DNA of 62,704 nt, the filler included, from Sanchytrium tribonematis (taxonomy: Eukaryota): assembly GCA_018985235.1 (NCBI GenBank). It is 13 parts of 13 records of this genome, joined end to end, with 100 filler letters (N's around TTAATTAATTAA, not from the genome) between each part and the next. Parts side by side here need not be neighbours in the genome. Positions count along the whole stretch, not along the records: positions 34,061 to 38,782 come from JADGIG010000687.1; positions 38,883 to 43,578 come from JADGIG010000689.1; positions 43,679 to 48,370 come from JADGIG010000690.1; 10 more parts are not named here. The stretch is one strand, 5' to 3'. Numbering within the stretch: position 1 is the first letter of the stretch; each line of letters opens with the position of its first letter. This document shows, piece after piece, positions 34,148 through 45,909 of the stretch. The position numbers and the translations under genes are program-made. The notes beneath the pieces were generated by a model that searched no databases, was not told the origin of the DNA, and saw nothing but the letters and a program-made list of their open reading frames with translations.

Positions 34148-37100
34148 ATGACACAAGGAGACTCTGCTTTGCCCCAAATGCCCGCTGACTCTCGTCTTCA
34201 AAATCATGAAATCTCAAAGAAAACTGAAAAATTATTACATGAATTCACTCAGGAGAACTCATTTATTCGTATTTTAGTAGCTGGTATAGCTATTAATGCT
34301 GACGAGACTACTTTGAACAAAAGAGTAATAACATTGCGAAAAGCTCTCGTTAACGACACCAAAATTAAACCCATGCACATTCCCAAGATGAGATTTATCT
34401 TTTCAGGCAAGTTTTTGGAAATTGTGTGCCATTCCAATGTTTTGAGGAAGATCGAAAATGCTTTGAACTCCTTCAAAACACATGAAGCATTTTCCTCCTT
34501 TTTTTGTAATTTTCGAATCTTTAGTGAATTACAATTTCACAAATATTTGGCAATGCCAGGTCGTGGTCATGAATTAAGAGCTGAAATTCAACGACTTGAG
34601 AAGGATATTGTGACCTATGGTGTTGAATTACTAAGAAATAATCCCAATTGTTGTTTTTATGGAGCTAGTTTTGTATGGTTACACGCTGTGGTGACTTTGA
34701 ATGGACCTCCAATGACTGTAGAGGGCCGTCAGCTGTTTCTACAGAATTTAATTACAAAAAATGTCAAAAACAGTCGACTTGCAAGAATGCGACCAAACAT
34801 CACTGAGCATGTGGATCCACAAGTGCTGAATGATATTGATGCATATTTTAATGAGATGGTAATTCAAGATCCTGACATTCAATCGAAAAAAGAATTAGAA
34901 ATTGTTTTGAATACTAATGAGACAATTGACACTTCATCTGATTGTTTCGAGAATGAATTAACGCGAAAAGCAGAAAGCGAGTGTGAATATCCATCAAAAA
35001 AGCATAAGTCAGATGAGTTTGCCACATTTTTATTTGTATTGAATGGGAAACCAAGTTATCTGCAATGGCACGAGTCAATTCGCATTCAAGATGTTTTACC
35101 TCAATTTGACTATAAGTACTTGGTTTACAATCTCGATTTTTCTCCAAATTTAAATCAGCTAGTCAAGGCAAATTCTACCATATTTGCAGCAGCTGCTTGT
35201 GAACATGAAATTGATGTGAAATTTGAGATTTTGAAGAAGACGTTTACACTGACACTTCCAATTTATAGTAAAATTGGACATTTGCTGCCTCAATTTGTGA
35301 TCAACCAGCCATGGAAATTTTCAATTCAAAAGAATGGCTCATTTGTTAATCCAGTGGATGATACTGACTCGGAATTACAGACACTTACTGTTAAACTAGT
35401 AAATCATGTCGTGTATGGGTCCTTTTTCTTTCAATTTGTTGATTGTCGATCAAAATGTGTTCAATTTCAATCTGGCTCAAAATGGAGTGACTTTGCAGAT
35501 AGATTGATTCCATCTCATAAAATAACAACAAAACTTTTAGTTCAACGAAATGGTGTACTCACCAATGATGATTTTACTATTCAAATCAATGATACGATTC
35601 GCCTAATGCCTTCCAGAGACGGTGGAAGTAAAATTAATTCCAATCCGTTTGGTGTATTAGAAATAGAAGATACAACAGACCAACAGGTTTCACAAGTGAA
35701 TTCAAAGGTAGTTACGCCAAGATACAACATGCGAGAACGAGAAGATGTTGTTTATCACAACAAATTACAAATTGCTTTGAAACAAATCAAAGTGTCTGAT
35801 GATATTGATTGCCCCCAATCCGGAGAAATTCGGGTTGGTTACCTTAACATAGATGGATGCCAATCCAAAGAGTTGTCACTCGCACCCATTATGATCAAAT
35901 TCTCCATTGATCTCTTGTTTCTTTCTGAAACAAAGTGTCCAAAATTAAAGACTTTAGGGCATCCCATAGTCTATCAATCAGATACACATCACCATAACTT
36001 TGGTATGGCACTTTGCTTACATCCACGATATCCAGCTAGGCATGTAAATGTGATTGCCAGCAGTCCATTCTTCATAAATGTCTCATTTAGTGAGTTTAAT
36101 ATTATGGGGATTTATATTCCTTGTAGTGAGCGTAGAAAGGTCGAATTTTTTGATCACCACTTTGGCAGATATGTAGATTCAGCTACTTATGTCATTGGTG
36201 ACTGGAATCAGCCCCTAAACCAAGCACATCTGTGTGAGCCAATGTTGTCTTATTTATTTCGAAAGATGTTGATTTATCATGATCTTCGAGATACAAGTCA
36301 TACATTTCACAGGGAAACCCAACAAGGTCACCAATACACTCAACCAGACCATTTGGTTGGCCCTCTTGATGAAAAGTTTAAAATAACAAATACTGGCTCC
36401 ATTGAGCTACCAATATCATATCATTCTTTAATATTTTTGGACTTATCAACTTCTACTTTGCCATTACTTCCCAAGAATTCTCGAATTAAGTCATACTGTC
36501 TCAAAAATGAGCAAAAGCAATTTGAGTTTGCTCATCAACAGAGGATGGAGATTTCGCGTATAAAAGATCATTTTTACTCACTAATAACTCATCCTTCGTA
36601 TTTACTTGAAGCAATGAATGAGCCATCAAAGCTAGATTGTGTGGAAATGGCATTCAAATATCTACAGGATTTGGCCATTTTGCCAGCTGAACTTGTAGTT
36701 GGGAAAACAGTGGAGGTACCACGAGAAGTGTCTGATTTGCATCTTGAGATTGGAACCGAAATCCTGATGACAAACTCAAAGAGTGCCAAATTTAAAGCCA
36801 AACAGATGAAGAAGAATTTACATAAAGAAATGAAACAGCAAAACAACCAGAAAGATGATAATCAGTTTATTAAAATCATTAAGCATCGAAAAAGAAGGAA
36901 GTTCCACGGTGGGATGATGCTTGATGTGCATAATCTCGATTATTATATTGATGATTTGCACAGTAAATGGTTTGATCCATCAATCGATGATCATTCTGAC
37001 CTATCGTTTAGCTCTGAGATCAGTAGTTTTTCCTTTTCTATGGATGATTTGGAAGCTGGACTTAAAACTCTTCCATTTGGAAAAACAGCTGGTGAAGATG

Positions 37101-38782
37101 AACTCGATGCTGAAATGATCCGCTACTCCTCACCAGAATATCTTGAGATGGTTCTTGCATTCTTGAATTTCTGCATGTCCATTGGTCACATCCCAAAGTC
37201 ATTTGAGAGATCAGATTTGATCGCATTGAAAAAACAAGGAGATGGGTCAAATTTCAAAAAAGATTATAGATACATCAGTCTTTCAAGCCACCTGAAAAAA
37301 TGTCTTGAAAAGATGATTGAGACCAAAGTTCATGCTATTTTTAAGCCATCTAATAAGCAGTATGGTTACCAGAGTGGATTATCAGCCAGTGATTGTGTAG
37401 CTGATGTGAATGCTAAAATAACATATCTGGAAGAAAAAGGAGTTCAATTTCAAGTGAGGAAGATGGATGTCAAGAGTGCGTTTGACACTTTGTCACGCAA
37501 GTCTATTTATAATTTTTTGGAGTCTGCTGATTGTGATCCAGTCTTCAAGAGGATGATTTGGAGACTAAGCAAGTCTCAAGAAATGAGACTACGATTAGGT
37601 CAATTTGTGTCAAAGCATGTTAATTCAAATCGCGGCGTTATTCAGGGATCTGTTTTAGCGCCCAAAATCTTCTCCAAGCTTATTGATTCTGCATTTAATG
37701 ATTATGATCCCCGTCATGGATTTGTTTATATTTTCGCGGATGACTTGCTAAACTTGGAAATCATTAATGATTTCAATAGAGATTATGATGCCATTCAAGA
37801 TTTTGACACTAGATTAGCACCACTGGGTCTCTGTTTGTCTCCTGAAAAGTGTGAAATATTGGGAGAATCTTTTGGAAAATACTTGGGATATAAATTAAAT
37901 CGATCGGGTGTGGATATGTATAAACAAATTGACTACAATGTTGCTAATGCTACCCACAAATTGGCAGAGTTGGCTCGTGTTGGAGTTTTTAAGAATTCAG
38001 TTGATCTGAGTAAACTACTCCGCTGTTTGAGCTCAACCATTTTGCCAACTCTGGAATATGGGTTGCAAATATGGCAGCCGACTAGAGATGATTGCTACAA
38101 GATTAACAAGTTTATTAAGAGCACCATACGTGATTTCACATCCACATCACAAATGACCCCTCTTCCAGATTTATTTGCACTTTACAATTTCAATGATTTT
38201 TACTTGCGTTGGCTTTCCCGTCACACTAAATGGCACAATCATTTGGTCTATAGATTTAGAGATGATTCATGCATTTATAGTGAAAAGATTGCTTTTTCAT
38301 TTAAACCCAATCCTCATTTATCTGAAATCAGTCAAACATATCCTGGAATCCGTAGATTGCTCACCAGATCTGTGCCAATTGTACCGATTGATTGTCCAAT
38401 GTGTGGTAAAGACCATGTAGTTGCAAATGGGACCGTTAAATGTCTCAACAAATTTATTACCAATTTGCAACCCGCAACTCACGACCAAATAAGCATTAAA
38501 AAGACGAATCTGGATCTACAAATGTATTTATTAGAGCATCAAGATGCCATTCTTGCAGAACATGACTCAAATGTCCAGTATTTATACACGGATGGAGGAT
38601 TGAATGGTAATGTTGCCACTTGTGGCTATGTTCTGATTACAAACGGCAGATTAAAGTATGGAGGTACAAATATATCAAATATGTCAGTATTTAGTTCCAC
38701 TAGAGCTGAATTGTGTGGCGTAATGTATGGATTATTAGATCCTGATATTGATAAATCACAAGTAATTAGAATTCGATCTGAT
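34148..38782 (+). mobile_element. Non-LTR retrotransposon ORF: N-terminal extension, UBL-like array, APE endonuclease, RT, Cys/His motif, RNase H (3'-truncated)
   Basis: APE: YLNIDG, LSETK, GDWN, PDH, SYH. RT: YRYISL, QYGY, DVKSAFD, GVIQGSVLAP, FADD (37733), KYLG. CPMCGKDH. RNase H: YTDGG, RAEL, SD. Frame intact for about 1545 codons. Confidence 0.95.
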
Positions 38783-38882
38783 NNNNNNNNNNNNNNNNNN
38801 NNNNNNNNNNNNNNNNNNNNNNNNNNTTAATTAATTAANNNNNNNNNNNNNNNNNNNNNNNNNNNNNNNNNNNNNNNNNNNN

Positions 38883-39156
38883 TGAATTGATGATGGATTT
38901 TGCAATTGCGTTTTACGTATTGAGACCCATATCATCTAATGGACAAATGATCGCATTTACGTGTTTAAGACAACATTATGGTGCTATTGAGAGTGGATTT
39001 GGTTTGTTGAACAAAGTATTCGAGCCATTTGAGGGGGAGGATTTTAATTTGGCAAAAACGTTTAGAACACCAGAATTGACTAGCATTTTGCCAAATGAAT
39101 TAAAAGCTAAATTGGAATCAGGATGGTATCGCGAATGTTTCAATAAAGCACCTTGA
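38883..39156 (+). CDS. 3' fragment of an unknown gene
   Basis: Frame open from the contig start. Confidence 0.4.
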
Positions 39157-39310
39157 TTTTCATGTTGATAATCTGCTATTTATTTTAGATAGAGTAATTA
39201 ATCATACATGTCGTCATATCTGTACAATCAACCACACATGACGCTACACGTGATTAAAATTCGTCATTTATGGCGTCATATGTTAAAAATGTCAAAATAG
39301 TACTTTCCCC

Positions 39311-40717
39311 ATGTTTTTGGCAATATGGATTTTATTTGGTGCGAGTTATACTGGATATTCAGAAGCAGGTAGACATAGAAACTTGGAATTATATTTATAT
39401 ATGGTAGAAAGAAATGATATCCAACCAATAAGTGAAAAAGCATCTAGAGCCAAGTACTTTGGTATTTTTGAAAATCCTGGTGAATTAAATATTAACATCA
39501 TCAATTCGAATCCAGCATGGCCAGTTCTTGCACTTTATTATGCAGGGAAATGGGCGCAAGAAGGTAATCAAGAATTGAATCTTGTTTGCAGATTGGTAAT
39601 TTATTCATGTGAGGAACTCGGTCATGAATTTGATCAAATTTTCTTTCACAATGTGATGATTGAATTGTATGACAAAGTATCCGAAAGCCATCCTAACAAA
39701 ATCCATGATTTAATGTTGGATTTTGCAGTTTACTTCTTTGTGAATCGACCATTAAATAGAGATGCGCAAAAACAAGCATTTTTGGAGATATCTGACAAAT
39801 ATGGTTATCCCCAAATAGGTTCGAGATTCACACATTATTTAGATCAAGTATCTACACCCTATTATGATCGATTTGCAACATTATTTAAAAATCCAAATCT
39901 GACTGCAAATTACCCGCAAGAAATAAAAAGTAGAATAAAGGACTATTTAAATTTGAATTATGAAGATCAGGTGGAAATTAGTTTAGTCAAGTACGAAAAT
40001 GACCAAGACCCGAAAAGAAAATTAGATGATTCATATAATGCAGCATTTCAATCAACTCGAATAATGCTTCGAAAAATTGATTTTCTTTTCAAGCATGCGC
40101 TTCTTGAGCTTCGTGATTCTAATTCATTAAGAGATATTTATTTCAAGCTATTTGGTAATTCTCATTTTAAATCCGATAAAATCGTTAATTTGGAGTTGGC
40201 ATGGGTCCCAAATTCATTATTTTATGCAGGAGAATACATAAGAGAGAATCTCAATAGACTGACACCTAAAGAAATCAACACATTTGGCAGAAATGTCATC
40301 AAGTCATTTCAAAAGCTTGAACCTTCTTTGACTCAAAATAGTGTCTATATCGTGGTCATGCTACAATTATTCGATCGAGTCAGACATGAATTTTTCAAAG
40401 CATTACCAGAACTATTTAAAGATTTTGCAATTGACTTTTTTGTAAATAGACCCACAACACGACATTTTCAAATACAAGCAATTCAAAAACTAGTCAGAAA
40501 GTGGTTGACAAAAGTGCAAATAATTGATGAATTAGAGCTACCTAAAGAAGTTTCAAACTTATTCTGTGATTATAGTGCGACTAGGTATCAAATACCATCA
40601 CATCTCTTTTGTTTAAAAGAAAATATCATTTATTATGAATTTGTGGTGTATTTTGATGATTATCAAGTCATTCAAATGCTAGCAGATGAATTAAAGACAC
40701 TCAAAATGCCATATTAA
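39311..40717 (+). CDS. Secreted helical protein with an internal duplication
   Basis: Signal peptide; repeated YAG...VMI/LxLY/FDxV...DFAxxFFVNRP module. Confidence 0.75.
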   Translation: MFLAIWILFGASYTGYSEAGRHRNLELYLYMVERNDIQPISEKASRAKYFGIFENPGELNINIINSNPAWPVLALYYAGKWAQEGNQELNLVCRLVIYSCEELGHEFDQIFFHNVMIELYDKVSESHPNKIHDLMLDFAVYFFVNRPLNRDAQKQAFLEISDKYGYPQIGSRFTHYLDQVSTPYYDRFATLFKNPNLTANYPQEIKSRIKDYLNLNYEDQVEISLVKYENDQDPKRKLDDSYNAAFQSTRIMLRKIDFLFKHALLELRDSNSLRDIYFKLFGNSHFKSDKIVNLELAWVPNSLFYAGEYIRENLNRLTPKEINTFGRNVIKSFQKLEPSLTQNSVYIVVMLQLFDRVRHEFFKALPELFKDFAIDFFVNRPTTRHFQIQAIQKLVRKWLTKVQIIDELELPKEVSNLFCDYSATRYQIPSHLFCLKENIIYYEFVVYFDDYQVIQMLADELKTLKMPY

Positions 40718-40730
40718 TAAATTCACAAAT

Positions 40731-42132
40731 TTATTCAACAATTTTTGAAACAGCAACATGTCGACTCAATTTGAGCCACCATTTTTGATATAATTCTTTA
40801 GAATCTGCAATAATCACAAATGACATGGGCATTGGTCCCTGTTGTAAATGAATTTTTTTTACGGAATTAGATTGAAAAATGGGTCTTTTATAAATCATAT
40901 TTCCTTTTTGCAACGCATTTGGACAATTCTCCCATAAAATCATATTAGTGGGCACTCCAAATCGATATTCACTCACATAATTCACTAAATCATCTTGATA
41001 ATGGAAATGATCGTGAATCATGTGTTTTAAAACCAATTCAAATGAATGTGGTAGATCATGGACTTGTTTGTCAGTAGGCTGTAAATAATCCACTTCATTT
41101 AATGGTAATGCGAATAATGGCTGCTGGGGATTGTAAAAATCATATAAAAACAGCGCATTTTCTTCTACTTTTGCAGAATATCTTTTCATTAATGGCATGC
41201 CACTTTCATAACTTAAAATGGTTAAATAGTCTTGGAAATCACCTAATCCAGTCTAAATTAGTAAAAATGACCTTGTCGCGTGGCTCAGATTGGAAAATGG
41301 ACATTTGAATTTGAACTTCGCAAGTGGCGTGGTCTAAATTGGCACTAGATTTGGATTTTAATGCAGCATTCAAGTACTCTCCAATAGCGACACTAACTGA
41401 TTTATGGATAGTCTGTAAATTACACGTGAAAATATCCAATGAAAAATGACCAATTTTAAATTCATCATCAAAATTCAATGATTTTAATGATTTACCACTA
41501 AATTGTCGCAAATGATCTACAAATTGGGCCTTGACACGTCTATTTTTAAATTTATCTACTGCTGAATTCATTTCTGATTCTGGAATAAATTTGCCATAAA
41601 TATCAAATGAGATACTGGCATTTTCATTTATTTTAAACACATAAATACCCATGGGATCACTTGATTTATATTTGTCATTCACTTTATAGTCTGTTTCTGC
41701 TTGAAAATGACCAGAAGTGACGACTAATTTTAATTTTAATTTGACTGGGGCATTTTGGATGGATACATCTTTGATCATCAAATGAACATGGCCAGAATCA
41801 CTTGCTGTATCTAAAGAATGTAACAATTCTTTACTAGCAAATCCAGAATCTTCTTCGTGTAAAATAAATCGAGTATTTTGTTGTTTCAAGTAATATTTAC
41901 CATTATTTCTAATATATTTAGGAGTATTTGGTAATAATTGATGGCTGACTTGTTTGTTAAAGACATGGTTCAACACAGGGATGGGAAATTCATATAAACT
42001 AGTATTTGGATAAAATATTGGTTCTGCTACTTTCTTTTGAATGACATCTGGTTCTGGGAAGTATTCTTGAGTAGAATCATACTTTTCTACCTTTCTTTCT
42101 GAAATAGTTTTCTTTCTAAAAAGTGATTTCAT
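40731..42132 (-). CDS. Protein with a C-terminal PH-like domain (anillin/Bud4-like layout), 2 exons (42132-41272, 41252-40731)
   Basis: A 19-nt intron joins two ORFs to give FQDYLTIL...MKRYSAKVEENALFLY...HSFEL...ADSKELYQKWW, a PH pattern. Confidence 0.75.
41253..41271 (-). other. 19-nt spliceosomal-type intron
   Basis: GTCATTTTTACTAATTTAG with a TACTAAT branch-like motif; removal fuses two ORFs in frame. Confidence 0.82.
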
Positions 42133-42285
42133 GTTTCAGAAAGATATACGTCGCTCTATTACGTGCTTATTAAAGGAAACTTGGCAGAAAAACCTCTACT
42201 TAAATGAACCAGTTGTTGAAAAATTAACAAACATAGCAAAGTTTGACGGTGTCAGATTTCAAAGTTCCCCAAATTTCATTTATTT

Positions 42286-42708
42286 TTAGAATTCTGTCAA
42301 TCCCTGGATGTCACTCACTTGTCTACTCGTCAAAGCATAAAATATACCACTAATGACTTGCAATATACCAGTTGTGATGTATAATATACGATCATATTGC
42401 CCTAGTGAAGACGTGTTTGGCAGAAATATGAAAATCATCCCACTAAAAAGATACCAAATAGCACGCACTGCATTTCTTTTGAAGTGCTCTGTCACCCTAG
42501 ATGCTTTAAAATTAGGTAGTTCCAACAGCGCACTCACACAAACCAAAGCCAATGCAAATATCGGAAATTCCAAGTCATACGTATTAATACACGCTAAAAT
42601 CACAGCTGTAACACCCGTCAACACCCCCATCATAGCTATCATCTTTGCCAATAATAAATAATTTCCATTTTTAATCTCTTTTTTGTGAATTTTCAAAAAT
42701 TCCATCAT
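42286..42708 (-). CDS. 4-TM protein, paralog of 25993-26382
   Basis: ALLELP and VRAIWYLFSG motifs. Confidence 0.7.
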   Translation of the reverse strand: MMEFLKIHKKEIKNGNYLLLAKMIAMMGVLTGVTAVILACINTYDLEFPIFALALVCVSALLELPNFKASRVTEHFKRNAVRAIWYLFSGMIFIFLPNTSSLGQYDRILYITTGILQVISGIFYALTSRQVSDIQGLTEF

Positions 42709-42734
42709 GTGTCCCTCTAAAATTAGATTTTTAT

Positions 42735-43550
42735 TTATTCATTAATCTGTAAACTACCCTTGGATGCATTTATCATCGATTCTCTACTTGCATTCACCGC
42801 ACCACTCATTTGTAATTTATTGTAACTCTTTTTAAAACATTCGCCTTGCTTCACAAATTGCACCAAATCGCCATAAAATAAGACAACCGCGTTTAATCTA
42901 ACCATAAATGGGAATGAAAAAAAGATATTACTGATATCTGGTCTCGTAAAAAAGAAGCATATCTCTAAAATATCCATAATAATGATCATTCCCAGTGTCA
43001 AAAAGACTTTAATCATCCAGGCTGTATTCGTCTCTACAATCATCATGAGTCGCTTCACGAGTAAATAAAACATGATTATTTCTGTAATAGACACTGATAT
43101 AATGACAATAGCACCCGTCACTCCCAAATATCTCAAATAATCATTTGGAATCCGCGCATTCAAATTATAAAGCACAGCATCCGGAATAATAGCCAGAAAC
43201 ACAATAAATGGCAATATGAGTATATATTTATCATTTGAATTGTATTTTAATGTCTTTAATCTATAATAATAGCTAAATAAAGTACTTAGAATCATAATTG
43301 GAAATGCAAATGAATCCACAACAACATACGCCATTTCATTCGACGGGTCCCAAAAATGGACTGCAAATGTCATGTGTGTTGATAGTAATGTACTAATAAA
43401 TCCAGAAATGATTAAAATAAAAGGAATGGATGATTTTCTATGAAATACTTTAAATGTTTGATACACGCCATATCCGAATAAAAACCATTGGAATCCATAT
43501 AATGTAAATGCGAATTGAAATGCAGGATTCAGTGGGTCTAATAGATTCAT
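42735..43550 (-). CDS. 7-TM membrane protein, GPCR-like topology
   Basis: About seven hydrophobic segments and a polar C-tail. Confidence 0.7.
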   Translation of the reverse strand: MNLLDPLNPAFQFAFTLYGFQWFLFGYGVYQTFKVFHRKSSIPFILIISGFISTLLSTHMTFAVHFWDPSNEMAYVVVDSFAFPIMILSTLFSYYYRLKTLKYNSNDKYILILPFIVFLAIIPDAVLYNLNARIPNDYLRYLGVTGAIVIISVSITEIIMFYLLVKRLMMIVETNTAWMIKVFLTLGMIIIMDILEICFFFTRPDISNIFFSFPFMVRLNAVVLFYGDLVQFVKQGECFKKSYNKLQMSGAVNASRESMINASKGSLQINE

Positions 43551-43678
43551 ACCAAGGGGATCGATGGCGCATCATCAANNNNNNNNNNNNNNNNNNNNNN
43601 NNNNNNNNNNNNNNNNNNNNNNTTAATTAATTAANNNNNNNNNNNNNNNNNNNNNNNNNNNNNNNNNNNNNNNNNNNN

Positions 43679-44617
43679 ATGTCCTTCTGCACACGCGATG
43701 TGTAATGGTGTTTGCTCTTTCCCTAGGTCATTATAATTCACGGGTATATTTTTATGTTCGATTAATTGTTTAACCAGCTCAAAATCACCTTCTCTGCAGG
43801 CTTCTAATAAAACAGCTTCATAATGGAATTTAACAGTCTTTTTTATTGGTGATTTCTTTGATGATATGGCGGATTTCCTTTTTTGTTGGGTGGTCATGTT
43901 TATTTGCGTGTTACTTGGTTGTTTTCTTAAAGTGCCATAATTTGGCATGGGCGGGTTACTTGAGCTTCTAGAACGCGTCCTTATTTCTGCTACTAACTCA
44001 TCTGTGCTTAGATCTTTTATTTTATCAGTATTTGGGATTATAGATGGATCTGTGAATAATTTGGAAGTATCTGCATCTGCGCAGCAATCTATTGCCGTGT
44101 ACTTTTTCTGGTTCTTTTTAGTAGGTGATGCTCCTAATTCTAATAATTTACGTACTATTGGGGTCATTCCATGGAAACTAGCGAGATGTAATGTCGTATT
44201 TCCATTTCCCCACATCATACCCAAAAATGCCAATAATACCATTTTAGAGCCCAATTTAATACTTTCCTTCTCTACATAACTCAGTATATCCATGGCCATG
44301 TCCTCATCCATTAAAAATAACGCGATTTGTATCGCATTTAAATTATTCACACTTGGACCTAATAATTCATTTGCTTCTACTTCCACGTCATCATCATAAT
44401 GATATTTTTTATCTTCATTAGGATCTACTGCTGTCAACATCACTTGCGCAGCTATTCCATCATCATGCTGTAAAAATTCATTCACTTTTTGACGATTTCC
44501 TGATTCTATTAAAATGAATAATTCATATTTGAGTCTTTCTTCTTCATCTAATTCACCTGTTGAGACTCTTTCTGGTCTCTGTTTATCATTTGGATCCAAC
44601 ATTTGATTTTTAGACAT
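43679..44617 (-). CDS. Ankyrin-repeat protein with an RVxF motif (MYPT/PPP1R12-like), 3'-truncated
   Basis: GNTTLHLAS and QTPLHIAC ankyrin repeats; KTVKF immediately before LLEACREGD. Confidence 0.8.
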
Positions 44618-45091
44618 TTTGAACGTGATTTTACAAGCCACTTTCAAAAAATTGATTAAAACAAGGAGAAAATTCAATAGAATTCAAAGAAATGGCATAA
44701 AAATGATGCACCTGGCATGAATAGGGTAATAATAATATTCAATGAGACTATTTGGTATTGATATAGCTCTGCTATAGGTGTTTTTTGCTGATTTTGTCTC
44801 GTTTGTGATGAAACATCAGCCTCTTTTAGTTATGAGATGTTAACTTGTTAGTCGAGCATCAAACTAGACAGATATTCTTGTACATATTCAATCATCTCAT
44901 CAAATCTTCTCGTGTATGCCCCAGATGACTCGATTTGTTTTGCACTTGGTAAAGTAATATTTTAGCTATCCAATTTATTCATTTTCAATCCACCAATGAA
45001 TGATTCATCACTACTTGATATTTCATTAAACTCTTCCAATCACAGAATAGTTAACAGTATAAAAGGAGTCTATTTCTAAACATCTACACAA

Positions 45092-45325
45092 ATGCAAATC
45101 ATCATTTCATTCGCAATTGCAATCGCATTGGATACTCAAGAGAAAATTGGCTGTCCACATGATTATTATGGCAATTATCCGGATAAACATGGCTATTATC
45201 CCACTAAAGAAGGTATTTATCCAGATGATTTCGGCAATTATCCAGTTAAACATACAGCAGATGGGGAAATCACAGAGAGAAATCAAGGAACTCAAGCACG
45301 ATGTGTTATTGGTTTGAATAAATAA
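45092..45325 (+). CDS. Small secreted protein with four 7-aa xxxGxYP repeats
   Basis: Signal peptide; HDYYGNYP-DKHGYYP-TKEGIYP-DDFGNYP; CCAAT and TATAAAA upstream; stop overlaps AATAAA. Confidence 0.7.
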   Translation: MQIIISFAIAIALDTQEKIGCPHDYYGNYPDKHGYYPTKEGIYPDDFGNYPVKHTADGEITERNQGTQARCVIGLNK

Positions 45326-45425
45326 TCATTGGTTTACCTCTGCAAGTATTTTTAAAATGCTGATTGGTCAAATGACAATTTCATAGTTTGCCCAGTCTAT
45401 TTAATAAATAAACCATCATATTCAC

Positions 45426-45782
45426 ATGGCTTCCTCACTTTTAAACGCAACTATTCCCGATTATTTCCATATTTATCAATATAGACATGGCCATGGTGAA
45501 AGAATCCCTTTAAAATTATTCAGTATGCGATTTAAAGATGAATCACCTCATATTGACCGCATTGAGTCTAAAAAATGGACATTTATGTATTCAAATGAAG
45601 CACATTTATCACTTGAACAAGTCAGACAGAAAATTGAAAAGCATATTGATATGAAACGAGGTGTGATGTTGTTTGGTGGGAGATGTGATACATTTCAATT
45701 CAGTGCAGACTCAGGGGACAATACCAAGGTGATCTTTATGAATTTGGTATTGGCGGAAATAGGGGGTTGTATGAACACATGA
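45426..45782 (+). CDS. Small unknown protein, divergent paralog of the next gene
   Basis: Shares YxF...H...DxxExKKWxxxY pattern with the 45910 gene. Confidence 0.55.
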   Translation: MASSLLNATIPDYFHIYQYRHGHGERIPLKLFSMRFKDESPHIDRIESKKWTFMYSNEAHLSLEQVRQKIEKHIDMKRGVMLFGGRCDTFQFSADSGDNTKVIFMNLVLAEIGGCMNT

Positions 45783-45909
45783 TTCAATAAATCTGTTAAA
45801 CCATTTTGCAGTTGCAAGAATTGACAAGCAATGCAAGCATCTGTCACTGGTCAAACAATTATTCTAATACTTGCATCTCATTTATAATAAATTGCATGAG
45901 AATATTCCC

